DNA from: Candidatus Binatia bacterium
GTDB taxonomy: Bacteria > Desulfobacterota > Binatia > UBA9968 > JAJDTQ01
NCBI GenBank assembly: GCA_963666515.2
Contig: OY762897.2
Span: forward strand, 1,408,001-1,472,000
Length of the DNA stretch: 64,000 bases
Reading direction: 5' to 3'
In this document: piece after piece, positions 47,896-56,342 of the stretch
Position numbering within the stretch: the first letter of the stretch is position 1
Layout: each line of letters starts with the position of its first letter
Notes under the pieces: model-generated
What the model saw: only the letters and a program-made list of their open reading frames with translations
Database searches by the model: none
What the model was told of the DNA's origin: nothing
Program-made: the position numbers and the translations under genes

Positions 47896-48252
47896 ATGAA
47901 AACATACAAGATATTGGTAGGTTCGTCGGGTCGGGTTGAAGCGGTAAAACAGGGGTGGTCATGGCCAGCATTCTTCTTCAACATGTTTTGGTTGCCGGTC
48001 AAGAAGTTGTGGGGATGGAGGGCGGTTTTCTGGGGCGCTTGGGCTGCGATGGCGGTGACGACCACTTTTCTTGGCGTTCAGGGTGTTGAAGGGGCGGTGA
48101 ATATAGTGGTTGGCATTGTTCTTGGTCAGGTGGGAAATCAGATGAGGGAGAAGAACCTTGTATCGAGGGGGTTTGAGGTTCGTGATACGGTTCAGGCCGG
48201 GAATGTTGAAGCGGCTTTGGCTGCGTGGGAGAAGGGTGGTTCTGTTAGTTAG
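47896..48252 (+). CDS. DUF2628-like membrane protein (transposon passenger)
   Basis: EAVKQGWSWPAFFF...W...KKLW and GN...L.SRGF motifs. Confidence 0.75.
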   Translation: MKTYKILVGSSGRVEAVKQGWSWPAFFFNMFWLPVKKLWGWRAVFWGAWAAMAVTTTFLGVQGVEGAVNIVVGIVLGQVGNQMREKNLVSRGFEVRDTVQAGNVEAALAAWEKGGSVS

Positions 48253-48280
48253 GTTATATGTTGGGGGCTTGGAGTAGGGC

Positions 48281-48511
48281 GAGTTGTTTCAGTTTCGGGC
48301 ACCCTGTGCCGCTAGTCTATGCGGACGAGAAAGCAAAACGCCTTCTTTCCGTACCAACTAGCGAAAATCCTCGTCCCATTTTTCAATGTGATCGAGGATG
48401 TAAATTTCCACCGGTAGCCCGGTGGGGGTTCTGGGTAGGTCATGAGGCTACCCTCCTTTCTGGCGACGGTGCGCCCCTGAAAGGTGAGGGTGCCCGAAAC
48501 TGAAGCAATTC
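48281..48511 (+). ncRNA. Putative structured ncRNA 2 (about 231 nt, multi-branch)
   Basis: 25-bp closing stem (48281-48305 / 48487-48511, two G-U pairs) enclosing five consecutive hairpins. Confidence 0.65.
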
Positions 48512-48590
48512 ATACTTACTATGTAAGAGTCTGCATATGTCGGTCAGAATTTCAAGATGCCTTAATGGGCTATTTTCGTAATGGGTTCGT

Positions 48591-48619
48591 TTGACATTCA
48601 TCCAGCTTTGGGGTAAACT
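48591..48619 (+). promoter_or_regulatory. Transposase promoter overlapping a TIR-like motif
   Basis: TTGACA-17 bp-TAAACT, then AGGAGG RBS; GGGTAAACTA is identical to the TIR core. Confidence 0.7.
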
Positions 48620-48646
48620 ACTTCCATAATTAGGAGGTAGGGAAAG

Positions 48647-49615
48647 ATGTCACAGAAGGCACCGGGCAAGGCATTTAGGCAGGGGCTGTCGATCAAGGCG
48701 TTGTTCAAGATGTTTCCTGATGACGAGACGGCGGAGAAGTGGTTTACTGAGGTCAGGTGGCCGGAAGGGGTTCGGTGTCCTAAGTGTGAGTCCGACAACA
48801 TCCAGGAGCGGGCTACGCGGAAGCCTCAGCCGTATCGTTGCCGGTCTTGCCGGAAGGACTTTTCAGTCAAAACGGATACCCTGATGCACAACTCGCCGTT
48901 GGGTTATCAGACGTGGGCGGTGGCGATTTATCTCATGACCACGGGATTGAAGGGGGTGTCGTCAATGAAGTTGCACCGGGATTTGGATGTGACGCAAAAG
49001 ACGGCGTGGCACTTGGCGATGAGAATCCGGGAGACCTTCGAGGACAAGGGGGTTGCGTTTGCTGGGCCGGTAGAGGTTGACGAGACGTATGTGGGTGGCA
49101 AGGAGAAGAACAAGCACGCGGACAAGAAGTTGAAGGCGGGGCGTGGGGCGGTGGGCAAGGCGGCGGTGGTGGGGATGAAGGACCGGGAGACTAACCGGGT
49201 GACGGCGGAGGCGGTTGAAAGCGTGGACGGGTTGACTTTGAAGGAATTCGTGCTGGACCAAGTGGTGGATGGTGCGAAGGTTTACACGGACGAGAACCGG
49301 GGGTATCAGGGGCTTCCGAACCACGAGACGGTGAATCACTCGGTCAAGGAGTACGTGGACGGGATGGCGCATACCAACGGGATTGAGTCCTTTTGGGCGG
49401 CATTGAAGCGGGGTTATCACGGTGTGTACCACAAGATGAGTGCGGAGCATCTGGACCGCTATGTTGGGGAGTTTGCGGGGCGACACAACATCAGGGACGA
49501 GGACACGGTAGTTCAGATGGCCGCTGTTGTACGAGGAATGGTCGGCAAGCGGTTGAGGTATAGGAATCTGGTTGCTTCACCGGAGAAGAAGATGCCGGGG
49601 AATGATGTCTTTTGA
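48647..49615 (+). CDS. IS1595 family transposase
   Basis: Zn ribbon CPKC...CRSC, HTH (SSMKLHRDLDVTQKTAW), VEVDETY, VYTDE, HTNGIESFW. Confidence 0.95.
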   Translation: MSQKAPGKAFRQGLSIKALFKMFPDDETAEKWFTEVRWPEGVRCPKCESDNIQERATRKPQPYRCRSCRKDFSVKTDTLMHNSPLGYQTWAVAIYLMTTGLKGVSSMKLHRDLDVTQKTAWHLAMRIRETFEDKGVAFAGPVEVDETYVGGKEKNKHADKKLKAGRGAVGKAAVVGMKDRETNRVTAEAVESVDGLTLKEFVLDQVVDGAKVYTDENRGYQGLPNHETVNHSVKEYVDGMAHTNGIESFWAALKRGYHGVYHKMSAEHLDRYVGEFAGRHNIRDEDTVVQMAAVVRGMVGKRLRYRNLVASPEKKMPGNDVF

Positions 49616-49634
49616 GAAGGGGGGGGGTAGCCCT

Positions 49635-49886
49635 ATGCGTGTTTATTGGCATTATAAGTACGGCTTGGTATTGGGTCCAGAAAATGAAGAAGAGAGGGAG
49701 CATCTTAAAGTAGTGCAAAAGGTGTTTGAGATACCTAAAGAGGGTGAACCCGAATACGTGGGGGTAGAGAGGAGAGCGAGAGAGCACCGTTACGCGATGT
49801 ATCAGAAGCGTCAGAGGGATGAGTCAGCGGGGAAGGTCCCTGACATAGGGGGCGTCGCGGATGAGGGTGGGGGGGTGCATGACTGA
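49635..49886 (+). CDS. Small hypothetical protein (module B), paralogue of 46745-46990
   Basis: Shared N-terminal W..GL....E.EEE.E.L motif. Confidence 0.55.
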   Translation: MRVYWHYKYGLVLGPENEEEREHLKVVQKVFEIPKEGEPEYVGVERRAREHRYAMYQKRQRDESAGKVPDIGGVADEGGGVHD

Positions 49887-50117
49887 TGCGTCGTCTATGG
49901 AGGTGATGATTAGTTCGATACACATTCCGTCGTCTAGGTCGAGTTTGGCAAGAATGGATCTAAGGATGGCCTTGGCTTCTTTGTCGCTTTTCACGGTCCT
50001 TTGAGACTGGAGTATGGCTTTGGCGTTGTAGTCGATCTCTACAACGGCTTTGTCGATACTGAGATAGATGGCGGTGTCGTCTATGTGAGCATCATAACTG
50101 ACAAGGTAGAGTTCCAT
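49824..50117 (-). CDS. Cas2/VapD-like small protein (module B)
   Basis: MELYLVSYD N-terminus, ILQSQ, LDLDD; GGAG RBS; similar to 46850-47110. Confidence 0.55.
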   Translation of the reverse strand: MELYLVSYDAHIDDTAIYLSIDKAVVEIDYNAKAILQSQRTVKSDKEAKAILRSILAKLDLDDGMCIELIITSIDDASVMHPPTLIRDAPYVRDLPR

Positions 50118-50259
50118 GACATGTTCTCCCTTCAGTGCGGGGATGGGCGTTTCCGTAGCACGGGGATGGGATTAGGGTCAAGGACTGGGACTGTGCGGCG
50201 GTTGATGGGTTGGTAGCCGCTGAGGAGAAGCCTGTGGTACAGGCAGGAAGCGATGTGTT

Positions 50260-50469
50260 TTGATGGCAAAGGATGGACGGGTCACAGCTGGGTCTATGGA
50301 TGGGAAAAGCGATGGTGTGAAGAAAAGCAAGCGGGGTCGTCCGGGGAGCCCGAAGTATCAGGAGTCCATCCGCATTGACGCCAATCCGGAAGCCGTTGCT
50401 AGGGCCATCATGAAGGGGCCACCAAAGCCGGATGGAGAGTGGCGCTATCTCAAGAACAAGGTTTGCTGA
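50260..50469 (+). CDS. Small basic protein at the right end of the IS1595 element
   Basis: KRGRP...IRIDANPEAVARAIMKGPPKP...WRYL; ends 9 nt before the right TIR. Confidence 0.55.
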   Translation: MMAKDGRVTAGSMDGKSDGVKKSKRGRPGSPKYQESIRIDANPEAVARAIMKGPPKPDGEWRYLKNKVC

Positions 50470-50503
50470 TAGGCAAGGTTGGGTAAACTAGTATATAATT
50501 CCC

Positions 50504-50850
50504 CAACCCTTCCACTCCCCGCTCAAACGAAACATGAACTCCGGGTGTGCCGGTAACTTGCCATCTGCACCATCGTAGCCCTCTTTAAGCCATGTCTTGA
50601 TGATGGACTTGGCGTTTCCCAGGAAGTCCTCCAGCTCGCCTAGCATCGCCCTGATGTCGCTGCGCAGAACCAACTCCTCGAAGGGAATGTCGAGCACGGT
50701 TGCGATATTCCTGGCCGTCTTGACGAACACCGGGTGACCACTTTCCGCTCGCCTATAGGTGGCTTCCGAGATCTCCTCCAAGAAACCCTTTTCGGCGATG
50801 AGGTCCATTACTCCGTTTATACTCAACCCCCGATGTTCTCTTTCGCGGCG
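50504..50850 (-). pseudogene. 5' part (itself N-terminally truncated) of the interrupted XRE-HTH gene
   Basis: REHRGLS...ISEATYRRAESG...NIATVLDIP HTH-like pattern; upstream sequence is replaced by IS1634 DNA. Confidence 0.7.
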
Positions 50851-52734
50851 CCGACCGGGGCAGGAGCTACTTCACCCACCGCCTGGTGCGCTCCGAGCGC
50901 AGCGGCGTGCGGGTGCGGCAGCGCACCCTGCTCAATCTCGGCAGTGACTTCGAGGTGGCCCCGGAACATTGGGCGGTGTTGTGCGCGCGCGTCGAACAAT
51001 TGATCGACCCGCAAGCGGTGCTGGTGGAGTTGGGGTGTTCGGAAGAGGTGGAACGGGAGGCCCAACGGATCGCCATGCAACTGGTGAGCCGGGCGCCTCG
51101 GGCGGAAGGCGGCGGAGGGGATGTGCAGGCCGTGGATGTGGACTCGTTGGAGTTGGTGCGCCCGCGCTCGGTGGGGGTGGAGCACGTCGGGCTTTGGGCC
51201 ATGGAGCAGGTGGGGCTGGACGAATGTTTGGAAGGCCTTGGGTTCAACGGTCGGCAAAGGGCGGCAGCCATGGCGTTGATCATCGGACGCATGGCACAGC
51301 CCGGATCGGAACGGGCCACTTGGCGGTGGTTGTGCGACCGCAGCGCTCTCGGCGAGTTGCTCGGCGTGGACTTCGAGAGCCTGAGCCTGATGCGGCTCTA
51401 CCGTGCCTCGGATGCGCTGATGGCCCATCGCAAGGCCGTCGAGAGCCACTTGTTCGAGCGGGTGACGGAGTTGTTTGGCCTGGGGCACACGGTGACGCTG
51501 TACGATCTCACCAACACCTTCTTCGAGGGCGAAGCTCAAGGCCAGCCCAAGGCCAGACGGGGGCACTCGAAAGAGAAGCGCAGCGACTGTCCGCTGCTCA
51601 CCCTGGGGCTGGTGCTCGACGGTTCCGGCTTCGTGCGCCGCTCCGAAGTGTTTGCCGGCAACGTCGATGAAGACAAGACCCTGGCGTCCATGCTTGAAGC
51701 CCTCAAGGCCCCCCGCCAGGCGCTGGTGGTGATGGATGCGGGCATTGCCACCGAGAACAACATCGCCTGGTTGCGCAGCCACGGCTACCGCTATCTGGTG
51801 GTCAGCCGCCAACGCACCCGGCTGTTCGATCCCGAACTGGCTACCGCCATCGAGACCCGTTCCCAACAAAAGGTTCACCTGCACCGGGTGGTCGATGAGG
51901 ACCACGACGAGGTGCGGCTTTACTGCTACTCCGAAGCTCGCGCCAAGAAAGAAGAAGGCATTTCCGAACGCTTTGCCGCACGCTTCGAGGGCGCCTTGCA
52001 AAAACTCCACGAGGGGCTCTCCCGCCCCCGCACCCGCAAGGCCCTCGACCATGTCTGGCAACGCATCGGGCGCATCCAGGAGCAAAGCCGGGGGGTCGCT
52101 CAGCATTACCAGGTCGAGGTCGTGGCCGACATCCAAGGCGACAAGGCCGTGGCCGTCACCTGGAAACGCCAGCCCCGCCCGGGCACCATGCTCACTCATC
52201 CCGGCGTCTATTGTCTGCGCACCAACCTCGACGACTGGGACCCGCAAGCCCTCTGGCGCACTTACACCATGCTCACCGACCTCGAAGCCGTATTCCGCTC
52301 CCTCAAGTCCGAACTCGGCCTGAGGCCCATCTTCCACCAAAAGCAGCACCGCTCCGACGGCCATTTGTTCATCACCGTCATCGCCTACCAACTCGTGCAG
52401 ATTGTCCGCCGCCGACTCGCCGCCTTGGGCGAGACCGCCAGTTGGACCACCTTGCGCCGCATACTCCAGGGCCAACACCGGGTCACCGCCACTTTCCGAC
52501 GCAAGGACGGCCGCACCCTGCATGTCCGCAAGGTCACCCAGGCCGAACCCCAGCAGCTTGAAATCTACAACGCTCTCCGCCTCGATTCCGCGCCTGGCGG
52601 TATCAAAAAGTTGATCGTCTGAACTCTCGGAATTCCCGTTGAATCACCAGAATGTAGTGCCAGAAGACCAAAATCGCCCCGCTAACACCCCGATTTATAA
52701 CGACTTTCAAATACCCTTGTTAAACCTGGGTTAG
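50844..52734 (+). mobile_element. IS1634-family element, left end missing
   Basis: Transposase followed by a plausible right end ...TGTTAAACCTGGGTTAG; no left end or native start codon visible. Confidence 0.75.
50886..52622 (+). CDS. IS1634 family transposase (5'-truncated by a few codons)
   Basis: RQRTLLNLG, LYDLTNTFFEG, RGHSKEKRSDC, VMDAGI, LEAVFRSLKSELGLRPIFHQ. Confidence 0.88.
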   Translation: MRSERSGVRVRQRTLLNLGSDFEVAPEHWAVLCARVEQLIDPQAVLVELGCSEEVEREAQRIAMQLVSRAPRAEGGGGDVQAVDVDSLELVRPRSVGVEHVGLWAMEQVGLDECLEGLGFNGRQRAAAMALIIGRMAQPGSERATWRWLCDRSALGELLGVDFESLSLMRLYRASDALMAHRKAVESHLFERVTELFGLGHTVTLYDLTNTFFEGEAQGQPKARRGHSKEKRSDCPLLTLGLVLDGSGFVRRSEVFAGNVDEDKTLASMLEALKAPRQALVVMDAGIATENNIAWLRSHGYRYLVVSRQRTRLFDPELATAIETRSQQKVHLHRVVDEDHDEVRLYCYSEARAKKEEGISERFAARFEGALQKLHEGLSRPRTRKALDHVWQRIGRIQEQSRGVAQHYQVEVVADIQGDKAVAVTWKRQPRPGTMLTHPGVYCLRTNLDDWDPQALWRTYTMLTDLEAVFRSLKSELGLRPIFHQKQHRSDGHLFITVIAYQLVQIVRRRLAALGETASWTTLRRILQGQHRVTATFRRKDGRTLHVRKVTQAEPQQLEIYNALRLDSAPGGIKKLIV

Positions 52735-52985
52735 GCTTAGATTTTTCGAGACGGGTCTCCGTGGTTGATCTCCTGACCCGATTATACTTACGCGCGCGGA
52801 ATCAAGTCCAATCATCTCAGTGTTGAAATGAAAGTTCTTTCATCTCGTGTTGAATCGCAGGGGAAAACGAGCGGTACTACCAGGCAACACCTCCGGTTGG
52901 GCAGCCAACGAGGTGGAAGAATGGCGCGGAAAACCGCCGCACGTCAACGACAACGGCTCCGCGACGGGCTTCAAGTACACACGGT

Positions 52986-53654
52986 TCAACGAGCCGCGTA
53001 TTCGGCGAAGAGGGAGTCGAAAGAGGAGAAATCCGACAGCAATCGTAGTGTAGCGAAGGCAGGGAAATCGAGGGATGACCCACCCTGTTTTCGCCAGAAA
53101 AGCAGCGCTCTTTCAGGCCGGCGCCAGACGAATCCGTCCGCACGGATATTCTCCGAAACCCTTACGAGGAAGAACGCTTTGATCGTCCCGGGACGCGTGC
53201 CGGTCCACGTCGAGAAGAACAGCAAGCGGGTAAGGTCGACGTAAAGATCTTGCGCCTTGAGGTATGCCGCAAGTTCCCGAGCGCGCCGACCGGACGGCGG
53301 GTCGCCACGCAAAGGCAGGGTCCGCCGCACAGCTTCGCGAGACGTACCTCGGACAACGAAGAGAACCCCGGAGACATCGAGCAAGACCCTCATCCCCGCC
53401 ACCCAGTGACCCATAGCGCGCGCGGGTCTCATCCCATGGCCCAGAAATCCGCGGGCTTGCGTTCCCGTGAGTCCGTGACAGCGCTCCAACACACGTGGGG
53501 CGTAGTCGTCGGCTTCCACGTCGCCCTCTGGAAGCCACCCCAAGTGTCCTTCGGCGCCGGCCAACGCCACCTCGGATCGCAACAGCACCTGGAGCCCATA
53601 ACGCCGGCTGTCCCGCACGCACACCAGCGCCACCCGGTCAGCGCCGTCATCCAT
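52986..53654 (-). CDS. Nudix-hydrolase-like protein with degenerate Nudix box
   Basis: LPEGDVE and VAGMRVLLDVSGVLF in place of the GG.V and AAxRELFEETG motifs; W..P..AL near the C-terminus. Confidence 0.5.
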   Translation of the reverse strand: MDDGADRVALVCVRDSRRYGLQVLLRSEVALAGAEGHLGWLPEGDVEADDYAPRVLERCHGLTGTQARGFLGHGMRPARAMGHWVAGMRVLLDVSGVLFVVRGTSREAVRRTLPLRGDPPSGRRARELAAYLKAQDLYVDLTRLLFFSTWTGTRPGTIKAFFLVRVSENIRADGFVWRRPERALLFWRKQGGSSLDFPAFATLRLLSDFSSFDSLFAEYAAR

Positions 53655-53703
53655 CAGACACCCGCTCTCCCATCACCTCCGCAACCGGGACACCTGCGCG
53701 CGG

Positions 53704-55080
53704 TCAGCCCTTCCACACGGGCAGCCACAAGGGTTCCGCCAGCACGTAGTCCTTTTGCGCGATACGATCCAGGGCTTGGCGCAACTGTCCCACGCTGGTC
53801 TCTTCCAGGGTGATCACGAACGGGAGGACCTCGCCGGGTGCGGCCCCGCCCGTCCCTGCCCCGACCAGGGATTCCAGTTCCTCCTCGCCGTGGTCGAGTT
53901 GCCAGATCTCCGAGACGTTGATCTGCTTGTCGCCGAAAATCTCACAAAGCTCGCCGACGATGCCGCTCTGGTCCCGCACCACGAAGCGCACGTAGAAGGA
54001 GGCCCTCAGATCGTCTTCCGGCCGCACCGAGTCTACCCCGGACCGGATACTTTCCACCGGCAGGAAGGGCGAATCGCCGGAACGTGTCACCAACTCATGG
54101 ACGTCGCCCAGGACGGCCACCGCGGTGGCCCCGCCCCCGGCCCCCGGACCCGCGAACACGTAGTCCCAGTCGCCGGCGTCGGGCGCGCCCCCGTCGCTCA
54201 CCTCACCCTTGAAGAACACCGCGTTGGTGACGCCGTCGATGCCCGCGATGGGATGGCTTTCGGGCACCACCATCGGCGTCACCATGGCCTCCAGCGCGCC
54301 CTCGACGTTGCGCGCGAGGGCCACCGACTTGATGGTGCTGCAGCCCTTCCGGGCGGCGTAGAGGAAATCGATGGCGTGGACGCGCTCGATGCCCTTGCGG
54401 TGGATGGCGCCCGGCGCAAGACGTGCACCGAAGGTGATGGACGCCAGCAGCAGCAGCTTGGCCTCGGCGTCGCGGCCGCTCACGTCGGCGTCCGGGTCGG
54501 CCTCGGCGTAGCCCAGGGCCTGGGCCGACGCCAGGGCGTCGTCATAGGACCGGCCCCGTTGAGCCATTTCCGTCAGGATGTAGTTGCAGGTGCCGTTGAC
54601 GAGGCCATACACGGCTGCGGGCCGTTCGGCGCTGAGGCTCTGGGTCAGCGGTCCGATGATGGGGATGCCGCCGCCGACGCACGCCTCGAAGCGCACCGCC
54701 CGGCCGCATTCCCGGGCGGTGGTCCAGATCTCGTCTCCGTGGGCTACCAGCAGCGCCTTGTTGGCGGTGGCCACGGACTTTCCGTGACGGAGCGCGTCCA
54801 CCACCCATTCCTTCTGAATCCGCAGGTCCCCGGCGCCGCCGGCGCCCAAAACCTCCACCACGATGTCCACGTCGGGGTGGCGGGTGACCTCCGTCGCCTC
54901 CCTGGTGAACAGTTCCGGCGAAGCCGCGTACTTGGCTTTGCTCCCGGGCGTGCGCGTAAACACCTTGACCACCTCGGCCTCCACGCCGAAGCGCGCCAAG
55001 TGGCCGGCAGAGACCAAGTCGTGGACCGCGCCGCCCACGGTGCCGGCGCCGAGGATGCCGATGTGGACCCGGGATGCCAT
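53704..55080 (-). CDS. hom: Homoserine dehydrogenase with ACT domain
   Basis: GAGTVG, ATANKA, FEACVGGGIP, NGTCNYIL, GYAEADP, GPGAGG. Confidence 0.93.
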   Translation of the reverse strand: MASRVHIGILGAGTVGGAVHDLVSAGHLARFGVEAEVVKVFTRTPGSKAKYAASPELFTREATEVTRHPDVDIVVEVLGAGGAGDLRIQKEWVVDALRHGKSVATANKALLVAHGDEIWTTARECGRAVRFEACVGGGIPIIGPLTQSLSAERPAAVYGLVNGTCNYILTEMAQRGRSYDDALASAQALGYAEADPDADVSGRDAEAKLLLLASITFGARLAPGAIHRKGIERVHAIDFLYAARKGCSTIKSVALARNVEGALEAMVTPMVVPESHPIAGIDGVTNAVFFKGEVSDGGAPDAGDWDYVFAGPGAGGGATAVAVLGDVHELVTRSGDSPFLPVESIRSGVDSVRPEDDLRASFYVRFVVRDQSGIVGELCEIFGDKQINVSEIWQLDHGEEELESLVGAGTGGAAPGEVLPFVITLEETSVGQLRQALDRIAQKDYVLAEPLWLPVWKG

Positions 55081-55108
55081 GCTCCAACCCTGTCTTGCCG
55101 ATTCGACG

Positions 55109-56287
55109 CTATTCCGGGAGCACGCCCACGGCCTTGCGGATGGTGCGCACGGCCTGCCGGGTGCGGTGCTCGTTCTCGATCAGGGCGAAGCGCACGTGCT
55201 GGTCGCCGTACTGTCCGAAGCCGATGCCGGGCGACACCGCCACCTTGGCCTCGTTGAGCAGGAACTTCGAGAACTCCACCGACCCCATGGACCGGTACGG
55301 AGCCGGGATCTCGGCCCACACGAACATGGTGGCCCTGGGCTTGCGGATCATCCAGTTGACCCGCGCCAACCCGTCAACCAGCGCGTCCCGCCGGCTCCGG
55401 TAGGTCTCGGAGATCTCCCGCACGTCGTCGTCCTGGGAGTTGAGTGCGTGGATGGAGGCGATCTGAACCGGCTGGAAGATGCCGTAGTCCAGGTAGCTCT
55501 TGATCCGCGCCAGGGCGTGGATCATGGTAGCGTTGCCGACGGCGAAACCGACCCGCCAGCCGGGCATGTTGTAGCTCTTGGACATGGTGAAGAACTCGAC
55601 GCCCACGTCCTTCGCGCCCGGCGCCTGGAGGAAGCTCGGGGGCTCGTAGCCGTCGAAGGTCAGGTCGGCGTAGGCCAGGTCGTGGATCACCAGGATCTCG
55701 TTGTCCTTGGCGAACTTCACGATCCGCTCGAAGAAGTCGAGTTCCACCACCTCGGTGGTGGGGTTGTGGGGGAAGTTCAGGATCAGCAGCTTGGGGCGGG
55801 GCCAGGTCTGCTTGATGGCCTCCTCCAGGTGTTCCATGAACCCCTCGCTGGAAACCAGCGGGATGCTCCGCAGGTCGCCGCCGGCGATCACCACCGAATA
55901 CTGGTGGATGGGATAGGTGGGGCTCGGACACAGCACCACGTCCCCCGGATCGATCATCGCCAGCACCAGGTGGGCCAGCCCTTCCTTGGAGCCGATGGTG
56001 ACGATGGCCTCGTCGTCCGCGTCGATGGACACCCCATAACGCCGCTGATACCAGTCGGCGATGGCCACCCTGAGCTTGTAGATGCCCCGCGACACCGAGT
56101 AGCGGTGGTTCTGGGGCTTCTGCACCGCCTCCACGAGCTTGTCGACGATGGGCGCCGGCGTCGCCATGTCCGGATTGCCCATGCTGAAGTCGACGATGTC
56201 CTCTCCCCTCCTCCTGGCCTCCTGCTTGAGGTCGTTGATGGTGTTGAAGACGTACGGCGGCAGCCTCTTGATCCGGTTGAACTCCAC
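55109..56287 (-). CDS. alaC: Class I/II aminotransferase, AlaC-like
   Basis: [44 protein letters not shown]. Confidence 0.8.
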   Translation of the reverse strand: MEFNRIKRLPPYVFNTINDLKQEARRRGEDIVDFSMGNPDMATPAPIVDKLVEAVQKPQNHRYSVSRGIYKLRVAIADWYQRRYGVSIDADDEAIVTIGSKEGLAHLVLAMIDPGDVVLCPSPTYPIHQYSVVIAGGDLRSIPLVSSEGFMEHLEEAIKQTWPRPKLLILNFPHNPTTEVVELDFFERIVKFAKDNEILVIHDLAYADLTFDGYEPPSFLQAPGAKDVGVEFFTMSKSYNMPGWRVGFAVGNATMIHALARIKSYLDYGIFQPVQIASIHALNSQDDDVREISETYRSRRDALVDGLARVNWMIRKPRATMFVWAEIPAPYRSMGSVEFSKFLLNEAKVAVSPGIGFGQYGDQHVRFALIENEHRTRQAVRTIRKAVGVLPE

Positions 56288-56342
56288 GGTGAAGGTTTAT
56301 AAGTCATTGACTGCACAGGCGCAAATCATCGACGGGAGCCGG

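Larger units (their letters stand above)
46690..50503 (+). mobile_element. IS1595-family transposon with passenger genes (3814 bp)
   Basis: Perfect 25-bp TIRs GGGAATTATATACTAGTTTACCCAA (46690-46714 and 50479-50503); 8-bp TSD CAACCCTT (46682-46689 and 50504-50511); internal DDE transposase. Confidence 0.95.

Noticed and set aside
47225-48511. Retron msr-msd or group II intron explanation for the structured regions
   Set aside because: No reverse transcriptase ORF in the window, no long msd-type hairpin and no domain V motif.
46850-50117. CRISPR-Cas locus suggested by Cas2-like ORFs
   Set aside because: No repeat-spacer array, cas1 or other cas gene was seen anywhere in the window.
41060-52980. 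Exact att boundaries of the lower-GC island
   Set aside because: No flanking direct repeat or integrase could be identified by eye.
52847-53053. AlpA-like excisionase remnant (SGWAANEVEEW) at the island's right edge
   Set aside because: Similarity is limited to about ten residues, with no good start or integrase nearby.
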